Source: the human T2T-CHM13v2.0 reference genome, Homo sapiens
Assembly (NCBI RefSeq): GCF_009914755.1
Contig: NC_060940.1
Direction: 5' to 3' (one strand)
DNA length: 64,000 nucleotides
The notes under the pieces were generated by a model. That model searched no databases. It saw nothing but the letters and a program-made list of their open reading frames with translations, and had not been told where the DNA came from. Positions 14,700 to 28,950 of the stretch are shown here, one piece after another (the first letter of the stretch is position 1; each line of letters opens with the position of its first letter). A program made the position numbers and the translations under genes.

Positions 14700-14814
14700 A
14701 CACGAGATCAAGTATGGAACTTGCCACTTTTTGGGGTCATGTCAGCACTCAAAAACTGTCAGATTTTGAAGCACTTCAAATTCTGAATTTTCAGATTAGG
14801 GGACTCAATCTGTA
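14700..14814. mobile_element. Tigger4/MER46-like DNA transposon end fragment
   Basis: Ends ttttcagattaggggactcaatctgta; similar to the element end at 59310-59413. Confidence 0.6.
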
Positions 14815-15134
14815 GTGAGACCTTGGTACATGCATGCTTAGAGAGAGTTGTTTAAAAAATGTATTGAAAACTCTACGTGACATAATTAAAATCTTGGCAA
14901 ACACAAAATAATATGTGAAAGGCTAAGCAATGGGTTTACAAAGAATGATTAAGGTTGTGCCAATATCTGGAGGCTTTCAAATTGGGAGGATGAAAAGAGG
15001 AGGGAGAGAGAGTGAGATAAGAGAAAGAAAAGAACTGATTATGTTTTCAGCCCTGAAGATGTGCTGATGAATCTGACGCAGACCATATTCTTAAGTAATC
15101 TAATGAAATGATAGCAAGAAAATTGAATAGATGC

Positions 15135-15510
15135 TGTATTTATTCAACATATTCCTTCATTTCTCTTTATTGGTATCCTTCTTTCTCTGTATTCTCACTT
15201 CCTTAGTCCCTTCTTCTCACACTATATATGTTTCTCAATTGCTGAATGCCACCAAACTGTTCCTGGTCTTGGAGTACCAATGATGAATACCGGTCCTTCT
15301 TGGCCCTTAGGGAGCTAGCTCACAGCCTACCAGGGAGAGGCACAGAAAGAAACATTATTGCCTAGACTGTAACCTAGGCGTGTTGCAGGAGTGGTGGGTG
15401 TGCAGAGAAGATTGACCCTGAGACCTGCTACTAGGGAAAGGTGGAGGGCAGGTTGGAGGTATGTAAAGGAAATCTTCCTGATAAAGTGACATGATGAATA
15501 GCCCAACTTC
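15135..15510 (-). mobile_element. L2 LINE fragments
   Basis: tttattcaacatatt tail-like start and degenerate L2 3' motifs; boundaries approximate. Confidence 0.5.
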
Positions 15511-17165
15511 AAAGGTAGTCTGTGATTTTACAATATTGACTGTTATAGTACATGAACAATGTATGTGTCCATGTGTACATGTATGAGTTCTGTTTTGTTC
15601 CCCAATCCTCAAATTTCATTACATTGAAGACTTCTTACAAAATTGGGTTTCATTTGAAATGCAACTCAAAGTGCACAAATCTATGTATGCAACATATTTA
15701 GCAATATCAATAATTTTTAAAATTTCTTTAAATTTTAATCATTATGCCATACTAGGAAATAGCAACTTCACTAGGTGCTTATGAAAGGTAAAAGCAAAAA
15801 TTAGCAGATTTGAAAGACGCACAAGAATAATTTGAGGAAACATCAAAGAAAATTCTGACATTATTTAAAAAATAACTCAAGTAATGAAGTCCTGCACTCA
15901 ATTCAGTTCTGTTTCTTCTCTTTTCAATTCTTCCTAGTTGCCATATTCAAGACTCTTAGATGGAAAAGGAGAAAAAGACCATATACATTTTCTAACAGCT
16001 GTGCCTTTCCAACTATATTTTACAACAGCTGCGACATTTTTCTTTTTAACATTTGTACTACCTTTATGTTTACCCTTTGGGCTAATTTGTAGTTGACTCC
16101 AGTAATATAGCCCTTTTAGCCAACATTTTGTGACAATCATTGATTTAGCAGTCTCACAGAGTGCCTTAAAAATCGATGTATCTAGAAGAAAGAACTGGTG
16201 GGACTTCATAATATCACATCTTGTTTTTATCACAAATTTCCAATTTACCAAGTTCTTGTCTCATTGTTTATACCAGACAGGGCATGCTGATGAGATACAC
16301 AACCCGTTCTGTCCCTTTTGGCAATCCATTTATAACCGAAGCACAATTAATATCTTTACAGCTGTTCGCCAGGCGGAAAGAAAAATGCGGCAGTAAGTAT
16401 TTTGTACATGTTTCAGTGTAAATGTGTGAAGTGAGGAGCATTGGGAAATGTCTAAAAACAGTGGAATCTGAGCTGTTCTTGTATTTAGATTCTCCAGGGA
16501 AATGTTTTCAAAACAGTATTTCATATAGGAAGAGAAGTTACCTTGAGGAGCTTTCCAGAACTCCCAAGAAAATAATTAGAAATCAGGATAATCAGTAAAC
16601 AAAGAACCTCACAAATGACTCTCCTTCAGAGGTATAGATTTCCCCAAAAGTAGTATGTTATTTCAAGATTTTAATTACTGTAAACCAAAAATATCTGAAA
16701 CAGATCTCAATCACTTTAGAAAGTTCATTTTGCCAAGGTTAAGAGCATACCCATGACACAGCCTCCAGAGGTCCTGACAACATGTGCCCAACATGGTTGG
16801 GGTTTTCTACATTGAAACTCACTAAATTTCAAGAGTGTGCCACATAATTTGAATCTCCCTTTCTAATCCATTGTCAATTGCCTGTTTTACTGTCAAATAT
16901 TAGTCTGTAACTAGAATACTAATAATTACCATCAAATATAAAGGAGCTTCTATGTTTCTGGTACAAGTACTTATTTACTTGATATAATTATCTTATTTAG
17001 ACTTAAATGAGACTAAATTATATTCAAATCACTTTCAGATTTCCAAAAGAGGATAGGCATAAATAGGTACTCGATAAATGTTTTTAATTCATTCATCTAT
17101 TCAATTACTGATGTGTTTTTGTATAGACATTTATGGCATAATTATAAAAGCAAGCACCCCAATAA

Positions 17166-17516
<351 letters not shown>

Positions 17517-17866
17517 TACCTAAGGATCTTAAAGAGAAAATTCAAAATATGGGCAAATGTTTTCATGGTAGATTCTGATGTAACAAATAAATATTTATTT
17601 AAGAAGCATTTAGAACATCATTGATGATCTTTATAATAATAATATTTTTTAAAGATGAACATAAAATAGGACACACAAAATGAAAACAACCAATGGGAAA
17701 TGTGAGAAAACCTTAATTGTTAAAAACAACAACAACAAAAAGCTAAAATGTTGAGGCCACTGGCCTGGGTCCCAATAATCAACAGATGTGGGGTCTGTGG
17801 CCAGAAGCTAGTTCTGACTAACAGTAAATTACATGTACTTAATTGCTATGCTCTATTGTTCTATAT

Positions 17867-17900
<34 letters not shown>

Positions 17901-18257
17901 CAGAAATCAGTAGCTACCTGAAAATCAGAATGTGGAGACACTCACCGTACATATTTTGAAACCATCAAACAAAGCACAGTATGTCAGAAAACAGAGCAGT
18001 ATATCCATCCGGTGTGAGAAGAACTCTGCTCTGCATGAATGGTTTCTCTACCAGGACTAGAATCCTCCAAGGAGCTGTGCTTATAATGCAAATCTCTGGG
18101 CCTGACTCAATGGAAACCAACTTGGAATCTCAGAGGTTCAGGACAGGAATTTACTTCACATATTAACCCAAGGAAAAGAGCTAATTGTGAGTTAGGACAG
18201 AGGCAAAGATGTTTACATCCTTCTAAAAGCATTATGTTATCTCAAGTTTTTAATTAC

Positions 18258-18861
18258 TGTAAATCAAAAGTATCCGAGACAGGTCACAATCAATTTAGAA
18301 AGTTTATTTTGCCAAGGTTAAGGTCCCAACCATGACACAGCCTCAGGAGGTCCTGATAACATGTGCCCAAGGTGGTTGGGATACAGATTGTTTCTATGCA
18401 TTTTACGGAGACATGAGACATAAATCAATACATGTAAAATTTACACTGGTTCAATCCAGAAAGGTGGGACAACTCAAAATGACGGCTTCTAGGTCATAGG
18501 TAGATTTAAAATTTTTCTGATTGACAATTGGTTGAAGGAGTTATTATCAATACAAAGGAATGCCTGGATTACTTTAAGTGGTTGTAGGGACCAAAGTTTT
18601 ATCATGCAGATGAAGCTTCCAGGTAGCAGGCTTCAGAGAGAATACATTGTGAATGCTTCTCATAAGACTCAAAGAGTCTGTTCTAACAGTAATTCCAAAA
18701 GGGAGGAGGGCATAAAGAGTCCTGTCCAGCTCCCCATTCCCATCACAGCCTAAACTAGTGTTTTCAGGTTAACTTTGGAATGCCCTTGGCCAAGAGGAGG
18801 GCAGGTACTCAGATGGTTCGGGGGACTTAGAATTTTATTTTTGGTTTTTATTTTTGGTACA
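18258..18861 (-). mobile_element. MER4-family ERV1 solo LTR, sense to CDH8
   Basis: The reverse complement starts with a MER4-like 5' end (ccaaaaataaaattctaag...ccaagggcattccaaagttaacctgaaaa) and ends ...tttaca; poly(A) signal AATAAA at 18303-18308 on the minus strand. Confidence 0.8.
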
Positions 18862-19802
18862 AAAGTAATATGAACTTGCTATGGGATATACACCTCTTTA
18901 ACAACACAACTCAAAGAGACACTTCAGAAGGCACAGAAGCAAGAAGGCTGGGCTTTTAGGATGATACAAAGAAGTGTTAAGAAGTTAATTAGCACCTGCA
19001 TTCTAAAGAGCAGTCAGTTACAATTTAGGACAGATGGGGGTCAAGCACTGAAAAACATTCAGAAGAGCCTGGGAAATTGTGAAAGATAACAGCTTAAACT
19101 TTATTTTTGTAAGTATTTAAACCTATGTTTTGTAATGTTTCTATGATTCTTTTCTAATTCCCTCTAGTTAGGGTATGTCTTGTGTGAATGTGTGTTCGTA
19201 TTCGTAGAAATGAATGAAGAATATAGTTGCTAATATTATACGAATAATAAAAAGATTAATTATTTTGATAAACGCCTGTGTCCTGTAGACATAAATAAGC
19301 CTAAATTAGGTTGAAGTTTTTTCAACCACTTTTATTTGGTGGCATATCCCCCACACTGGCTTTGTCTCTGAAAGGAATAAAAACTTCCATAGCAGTGTTT
19401 TCTAAATTGTGGACGACACAGGCTACTTATGAAGCAGCACACCATAAGCTGGTTCAACATAAGGATTCCCAGGCCCCCCACATGAAGAACTGAACATGGA
19501 ATAATACACATCAACTTGTAATAATTAACATTACTAATTAACTAGTAATTAAATAGTTATGTGGAACAGAGTAAGCTCTCAAATACGTTTACTATACAGA
19601 CAGTCCCTGACTTATGACGGGTCAACTTATGAATTTTTGACCTTTATGATGGTGGGAAAGCGATCTGCAGTCAGTAGAAACTATTTTGTTTTTGAATTTT
19701 GATTTTTTCCTGAGCTAGTGATATGTGATATAACTCTGTTTTTCAATGCTGGGCTGAGGGAATGAACAGCAGCTCCCAGCCAGTCATGCCATTGTGAAGC
19801 TA

Positions 19803-20128
<326 letters not shown>

Positions 20129-20190
20129 CTCTATGATGTCCTGTGGTGCCAGATGATTTTTGCCCAACTGCTGGCTAATATGAGAGTTCT

Positions 20191-20280
20191 CATCTCATGT
20201 ACCCCCAAAATATATATACCTACTATGTACCCACAAAAAATTTTTTTAAATAAAAATAGAATTTCAAACATTTTTAAAAA
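20191..20280 (+). mobile_element. Extreme 3' end of an older L1 (L1MA/L1PB-like)
   Basis: catctcatgtaccccc...acctactatgtacccacaaaaa plus A-rich tail; flanks agagttct / agagtctt. Confidence 0.7.
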
Positions 20281-20305
20281 AGAGTCTTGAGCATATTGAA
20301 GGTAG

Positions 20306-20645
<340 letters not shown>

Positions 20646-20831
20646 TGATATTTTCAACTTACTATAAGTTTATTGAGATGTAATCCTAAGGTACAAGCAT
20701 CTGTATTCAGTAAATACTTTCAAATATTATCTCTGAATGTATCAATACAACAGCCCCAATTGAGAATATTATCTCACTCAATCCAAAAAAGTGGTTCCAT
20801 TATTGTTTCTTTTTTACCTGTGAGGCAACTA

Positions 20832-20911
20832 TTAGTTTGGTGCAAAAGTAATTGCGGTCATTGCCATTACTTTCAATGGCAAAAACTACAATCACTTTTG
20901 CACCAACCTAA
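20832..20911. mobile_element. MADE1 (Hsmar1-derived MITE), full length 80 bp
   Basis: TA|ttagtttggtgcaaaagtaattgcgg ... cacttttgcaccaacctaa|TA long terminal inverted repeats. Confidence 0.93.
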
Positions 20912-21379
20912 TAGATACAGAGAGGTTCAACAAAAGGAATCTTTCCTAAGACCCCATAGACTGTTGAGGCTCTGTTTTTGCAAGACAGAGTGCTAGAATC
21001 TGGGGATTCAAGATTAGGCAAATAGGCATGAAACTTACCATGACAGAGCTTCTAATTTTAAAAATCTTTGGTGGAAACATTTGAAAAGCTCTAGCAAGTT
21101 AGGAAGTCCTTTAGATGACACATTTCACAGGGAGAAGCAGACAATTATAGATTTGGAACAACTGTGAGGTCTTGCATTTTTCCCAGAATATATCATGCAG
21201 CTTCTGCATTTAATTCCTTAATATGTCAACATTACTTTTTTTTTTCACATAAAATAGCTTGGCAAATGTTCTGGTAACACCTCAGAAGGTTGTATCATGG
21301 CTCTTACTGTTTTTAGAATCCTCTGGAATACTACCGTGGACTCCATGTAGAGAAATAGAGCATTACAATGACCCACTAA

Positions 21380-21522
21380 GCAAGTGGTTTTCCAAGTATG
21401 GTCTCCAGACCAGCAATATGAACATCACCTGAATTACAAACTCTGAGGGCAAGACCCAGAAGCTACACTTTAACTGATCCTCCGTGTAATTCAGACATAC
21501 ACTCAAGTTGAAGAACCAGTGC
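21380..21522. mobile_element. MER5-like hAT fragment
   Basis: caagtggttttccaagtatggtctccagaccagc ... gttgaagaaccagtg termini. Confidence 0.65.
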
Positions 21523-21945
21523 ATTACATGAGCAGGAACGGGACTATTATATTGAATCAACAGAGGTATCATCTATAACCTAAAAAGAAGCCACGAATAT
21601 AATGTGTTATATAACGCTTTCACTTCTTTTTATAACTTTACAACCTTCTGAGTGAGGTAAGATAATTACAAAGTTTCTAATTTTATAGAAAAGTTGACTG
21701 AAAAGTTTTCCTCTCCTATATATGCTTCAAGGTTCACAGAAAGTACTATGTCAGGTGTACATCCACGTATGCATTTTAAACTTTTAATATGTGTTACATT
21801 GTGAAATTATCAGTAAGCGTATAACTCATAAATCTCCCGTTTTCATCCAAGGCTTTCCATCATTATGGTATCTTGCCACCAAATAGGAAGCTATTGTGAC
21901 CAAAATAGTTAGGTTTTCTTTTCTTCTCCCTGCCCCTCCACCCCC

Positions 21946-22225
21946 AAGATGGAGTCTCGCTCTGTCACCCAGGCTGGAGTGCAGTGGTGCCATCTCGGCT
22001 CACTGCAACCTCTGCCTCCCATGTTCAAGCAATTCTCCTGCCTCAGCCTCCTGAGCAGTGGAGACTACAGGCACCCGCCACCACACCTGGCTAATTTTTG
22101 TATTTTTAGTAGAGACAGGGTTTCACCATGTTGGCCAGGATGGTCTCAATCTCCTGACCTCGTGATCCACCCGCCTCAGCCTCCCAAAGTACTGGAATTA
22201 CAGGTGTGAGCCACTGTGCCCGGCC
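21946..22225 (-). mobile_element. AluS-type SINE lacking a normal A-tail
   Basis: Full antisense Alu; TSD-like aggttttctttt / aggttttctttc. Confidence 0.93.
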
Positions 22226-25200
22226 AGGTTTTCTTTCTTTAGGATGGTAAATTAAGAAATGTAGAATGCAATATAGTCTTCATGCTAATTGTACTTTTTT
22301 ATCCAAAATTAATGTATCATAAGCATAGTCATTATAAATATGTACTCTGTTAAATACTGAACAAGAATCAAATAAGCGTAAATTTCCAGACGGACAATTT
22401 TACAAATCCCTTAACAGCTGAGAGTTGCTGTTTCCTAGTCCTCCATATTAGATTAAAAGATTTCTGGTTCTTGAAGTCAACTTCCTCCTTCCCATTCATT
22501 ATAAAAGGCACTCATACTTCAGAGCTTTGAATGACTAATGCCAAGACCCCTGGACATTTGCTTGCATGACAGTTTTCAAATATCCTTGGAAACTAGGTCT
22601 AAGCATGCTTTAATCCATTATCAGGAAGAAGGCCTCTGCTTGCACGGGTTTGGCTCATTTCTCTTCCCAGTCTTGTTCAGGAGGCAAAAGAAGAAACAAG
22701 CACTATGAGATACTGACTATACAAAAGAATCCTCTTATACATGCATTCTTACAGTAATGATGCTCTCCTCATTAAATGAATATTTATTGAACAACCACCA
22801 AGAACAAATTACTGTCAACTTTCCATTTGTGTCTGTCCTTTCTCCCTTATTTCGAATCTAAGCATTATCCTAGATTTAATGGAAAGCACATTTGGTATAC
22901 GGATCAGCATATGTGGGTCTTATAGTCAATAAGAGGTAGAAATGGCAGACTTAAAGCAAGTCACTAAATCTGAGTCTAATTTACTTACTTGCTTTACCCA
23001 CTTCACTGTACCATCATGGAGAACCAATTGGGAACAAAGATATACAATACTACTATATAACATATGAAAATCTCATGCAAACTTTAAGAAACCTGAAAGA
23101 TAATTGTGAACTAAATGTACCAACACATTAGGTGTCATTTCCTTTAACCTCAATCTGTGTTACCAGCATGATGTTTGTTTTTCTTTTTACAGAGACCACT
23201 ACATTCATAAAACCCATTGAAATCAAACACAATTACTTTAAACATCACCATAAAGAAATTGTTTCATCATCTTAGAACGAGACTATTAAATGCTGTATAT
23301 TATACTTGGAACTGACAAATTCATAAGAAAATAAATGGGGTAATATGGAATTATTTAAAAAAAAAAAGAAGGTTTCTAGGCATTTGCTGGAATTCAATCC
23401 TTTGGAAGTTGAATTACCTTGAACCACAGCCCACAATGTAAATAATTTCTCATCTCCATTTTTGCCAAGATAATACAAGATTAATGATCTCTCATGTTCC
23501 TATGAAGACTTTAGAATTTCCACATATTTCATTATGTGTGTATATATGGAGAGAAGCCTACTTGAGACAGAAAAGAGAATTCCCTTCAGAACAAAATTTA
23601 TATTTCAGAGTAGAGACATTGTGAGTCAAGGCAGCTATTTTTGTGGTACTTCCAGACTCTACACATTTATCTCTTTAATTTGGAAAGAAAGCAACATTTT
23701 CTTTCCAACTTAGACAGTATATGTCACACAAATTCACACACAAACACTCATATATTGCAACATATAGAAATAAGAGAGAATGAAGAGAGAGAATATGTGT
23801 GTGTCTATGTGAAAGAGAAAAAGAGAAAATGAATGCACGGGGGAAAAATATTAGAGAATTTTGCTTCCTTCAAGGATTCAAGAGAAATATTTTTGGAACC
23901 TTCAGTAGCCCACAATCATAAACAGTAAATTAAAAACTAAAAAGAAAAAGAAATTGAATGAAGCTCTCACAAGTTTACCTTTGTGATAGCTGAAAAATTG
24001 CACATAAGGGAAAACATGTATTAGCGGTTGCTGTGTGCAAATCACTCCTGCAAATACCATACCAAAGATGTATGAGTAATGGTCCTGTCTTCACAGAACT
24101 GACCATCTAGACAAATATTAGAAGAGTTTGAACATCTCTTTGAATACTTATTTTGTGTCTGGCTGTTAAGTGTTAGAGAAGGATAGAAAATTGAGTAATA
24201 AATTCCATTTTCTATCCCTGCTAAAGGCATCCTTAATAAGATGGCCAAGAGGTACCTTGTGTAAGTTATGACCAAATAGAAGAAGTACTTTGGATTTCTT
24301 TGCCTGCCTTAAGGTATTTTAACATAGCTTCACAGGCTTTAGTCTGATGTGAGTGAATGAGAAATGAATGAAGTCATACCTACCTTAAAAGTGGTTGTTA
24401 TCTTGAAAAAATAATTCATGTATTTAGTATGCAATGGTGTGCTCCACCTGGAGCTATAGCACCATGATTTTGTTCTATGAGAAGGGTTATGGTAAGAATG
24501 GATAGAGTCAAAGCTCAGCCTGACTGCATATTTGCTATAAGACTCTCAAGACAGTTAGTAAAAGCAAAACAAAACAAAAACTTCCTCATAGACTTTTTGT
24601 AGAAATCAAATCAGATGAAACTGCCCAGTGTAGTGTTGGTCCGTAGTAGGAGTAATGATGATGATAATGATGTTGATAATAATAATATAGATTTACTGAA
24701 CACCTACTTTATGCAAGACACTAGCCTGGGTATTTTACATATGATATTATTATTTATGGACTAACATTTATTGAATATCTGCTAGGTGTCATTTGCTGCA
24801 GGCACATTAGTTCTCTAAATAACAGTTAAAAATCATTTTACAAATAATCAGTAGGATGTGCAGAGAAGGAAATTTACACAGTCGAATTTGCATGTTTAAT
24901 GAGTGGCCTCCATGATCCACAATTCACTCTCCAGACCACATGCTGTCTGCTGCCCCACGTGAGTTTCCATTTAACGCACCATGTTAAGCAATAAATTCTA
25001 TTTTACAACAGGCTATTTTAAGCTATTACTTGAAGATTTGATCCCTTCTATCTGAGTAAGATTCACTTATTTGCCCCCATGTCCTGCCTAAATTTATAAT
25101 GCCAGGAAAAAATAAAAGATGTGAATCTTATATTTCATTGTCTAAATCCCACACAAATTAGTTTCCTCGAAGGTAGGCTGACTGCTAAGTTATTATTCTC

Positions 25201-25928
25201 ATGCTTTCCATTATGCTCTTACCTCTGATGACAACAATTTAAAAAAAATTTACTTATATTGAATCATCAAGTAAAAGAATGTTCTTGTTTAAAGTGACTT
25301 CCTCTTAAATAGCAAGGAGAAATTTGGATAGCTAAAGAAAAACAAATGAGAAAGGCCATGAACACTTTCTCAATTAAACAGCTAGCACTTTCTTCATTTC
25401 TGAATCAATTTGGTTCATGTAGAAAGACTGAAGACACATATCATGTAAAATAAATTCCCTATTTGTCACATTTCAGGAATCAGCAGCCTTGCCACTCTGG
25501 AAGGCAATGCAGATCCGGTTGACATTCCAACACCAAAATAGTCATGTAAGACCCTGAAATTGGCTTCAACACTGGGTTCCATGAATGCTATGATTTGCAC
25601 CTGTTCCCTGTCATCATCCTCACAAACTGCTCTGTGCCCTGGTCTTGGCTGAACCTCTTTCAGCCCACCTGACCTTTCGGCAGGAAGTTCTTTTGCCTTT
25701 TTCCTAACTGCAATTGAAATCTTCAGAGAGAACGTTTCTCATTTTCTTAGTTCTACCCTCCTTTCATCTACTACATATTTGCTGAGATGTCTGCCATGCA
25801 TCCAGCCAGTCCTGTGATAGGCCCCGAAAAACAACAAGGAACAATATAAGCACAAGTTTCACCTACAGAGACCTTATGGGAGAGTAGAAATAGCAATACA
25901 GTAATTAATCAATCAATTAATTGTATGA

Positions 25929-26274
<346 letters not shown>

Positions 26275-26819
26275 ATATAATATGAAGTTTTAACCGACCT
26301 GGAGTAAGCAATGATAATCTGAAGCTGGAAGGGTAAATAAAAGTTAGAGTTGTCTAGGCAACGTCAGTTGCATATGTGGAGGTTCTGAAGCCTTCACACT
26401 CGAAAGACAGAAAGCAAATCTATGAGGCAGTGATAAGATGTGAAGATGTTGGCATGATTTATTCATGCTGAGCATTATTGGCCATGTTGTGAATTTTGAA
26501 CTATATCCAGAAAGCAATGGAGAAACACTGAAGCTCATTAAGCTGGAACTTGTCATGATCAAAAAGACCAGTATGGAGAGTGGACAGAGGTCCAAGTGAA
26601 ATAAAATAGTTTTTAGCCCTAGGATGGTGAGAAATGACTTCACAGTTGAGAAGTAGAAGATGGCTTGTATTTATTATAAAATGACTCAGATCCACACACA
26701 TTTATTTCTAAGAGCAACAGGAAGGTGTTGATGGAGATGCCATGTTCAAAACCATGTTTTGAAAATGCCATTCTTGCTACTGTGGAACCAGAGGTGAGTG
26801 GATCAAGAAAGACCAGACC

Positions 26820-27302
26820 TGTGACATGCTTTGAATCAATAACATTCAGCAAGAGGCCAGGTTTAATGTAATTGTGTGGACATGATCACGTTACATGAGA
26901 TTGTGTCCATCACACCAGAGACTCTCTCTCTTGCTGACTGTGAAGAAGGAAGTTTTCTTATTCTGAGCTGCCAGATGGAAAGGCCATGAAGCAACGTGTG
27001 TAGATCGGCCACTCAACACAGTAAACAAAGGAACCGAGACCCTCAGTCCAACCATCTACCAAGATCTGAATGCTGCCAACAGCCAGGAGACCTTAAAACT
27101 GGATTCTTGCCCAGTCGAGTCCCAGATGAGACCTCGTCCCTGGATGAAACCTTGATTGCAGCCCATGAGAGGCTGAAGCAGAAGATCTACAGACCTTCTG
27201 AATGGATTCCTAACCTACATAACTATGAGATAATAAGTGTGTGTTGTTAACATCCATAAAGTTTGTGGTGACATTGCTACACAGCAATAAACAACTGATA
27301 TA
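26820..27302 (+). mobile_element. MLT1 (E/F-like) MaLR LTR
   Basis: ctgaatgctgccaac, aactatgagataataagtgtgtgttgtt, acagcaataaacaactgata 3' end. Confidence 0.7.
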
Positions 27303-28589
27303 TTCAGTTTTAAATGTGCTGATTGCTGTACAGTTACCTCAATCTCATATGTCCATGTCACATAAGCTGTTTGAGGTGTCGGCCTGGAACTCAGAGGAAA
27401 AGTCAGAAATGAGATGTTAATTTTGGAGAGTGAATTAAAAAATAATAATGAAAGAGAGGGTAGGGGTTGTGGAAATAAAGGATAAAGATATTGCCTACAG
27501 TAAAGGTAATAGAATAATCAATCCTTTGTTTTAAACAGACTAACTAGCTTAATTCTGAAAATTCATCCTAAGCAAACATATCAGAAAAGAAGATGCGCAC
27601 TGATGTTTATTAATGCTCAGGGAATTCAGAAGCAGCATACTGACTAAGGTAAATCAGGATAAACTATGACACATAGTGAATGCCTCAGAGCCAGGCAAAA
27701 CTGACATTTATTGAAATATCACATGCCAAGCACAGCATTTTATCCTTTCACATAATTTTTCTTTTAAAATCTCATTTTAAAGAAAAAGAAACTCAGTTTC
27801 AGAGAGGTAAATTCCTTCTCGTGGTTACCTAGTAGTTAGGCAAAGATCCACAATTGTAACCCCTTCTGGCTTCAAAGCCGGAGCTTTTAACTTTGAACGC
27901 TTCAAGGAAGCATCAAATCAGACACTGGGGAGCACATTTCTATATTCTCTAAGCTGTCCTAAGCCTAATCTTGGATCCCAGGTATCTAAGCATTTCCCCC
28001 TTTAAATTGGCTTCTTTAGTAATAGAAGCTCTGTAGAACTTAAAGCACTATCGAGTTATCTAATAATTCAGGCAAAATCTTAGAATTAATCAAGAATATA
28101 TTTTCTATTCAAAGCAAATGCCGTGTCTAATATGGCAGAATGTCTCTTCAAACCCCAATATAGCTCTTGTCTCTGAGGCTGTAGAAGAAAACTGCCTTTC
28201 TAACCATTGCCAAAAGCACAGCAATAACTACTTTAATCATGATATCTTGAAATAGCTTCTGATCAAATGTGTTTTACTCGATGGATATAATGTAAAAGCT
28301 CCCATCCAATATTTAAAATAATCATACACGTTTCCATGCATTTGCCTGCTTGCTCGTTTGAATATCTTGCCAATTGTTTATGAGTACTGAATTGCTTAGA
28401 TCTAGGAATAAAGAGATGATGTTGAAATGTTTTCCATTTTGCAGATATCCCTCTTTTAGCTATGAAGAAGAGCCCCCGCAGTTGTGTTGACACATCTCTG
28501 TTCTACTCACATGGCTTGACTTTCGAGCAGGAGACACTTTGTGCCTACTTCTCAACAGTTCCAAAAATTTTGAGAAATGTCTGCAGGTG

Positions 28590-28950
28590 CCACAAAAAAG
28601 AATGAGATCTTGTCCTTTGTAGAAACATGGATGGAACTGGAGGCCATTATCCTTGGCAAACAAATGTAAGAACAGTAAACCAAATACCGCATATTCTCAC
28701 TTATAAGTGGGAGCTAGATAATGAGAGCACATGAACACATAGATGGGACCAACACACACTGGGGCCTATTGGAGGGTGAAGGGTGGGAAGAAGGAGAGGC
28801 TTGGGAATAAGAAGTCATGGATACTAGGCTTAATACCTGGGTGATGAAATAATCTGTACAACCAACCCCCATGCCACACATTTACCTATGTAACAAACCT
28901 GCACATCTTGCACATGTACCCCTGAACTTAAAATAAAATAAGCTGGAAAA
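28590..28950 (+). mobile_element. 5'-truncated L1 3' UTR (older L1PA/L1PB)
   Basis: ggatggaactggaggccattatc ... gtaacaaacctgcacatcttgcacatgtacccctgaacttaaaataaaa; both flanks end in tgcaggtgc. Confidence 0.9.

Noticed and set aside
23979-23989. Possible 11-nt microexon on the minus strand (tttttcag CTATCACAAAG gtaaac)
   Set aside because: Short pyrimidine tract, frame-shifting length and no supporting evidence; such matches are expected by chance in 44 kb.
25215-25250. AG|GTAAGA on the minus strand as a recursive splice site
   Set aside because: The AG is in a GAG context with a competing CAG just upstream and a poor polypyrimidine tract.
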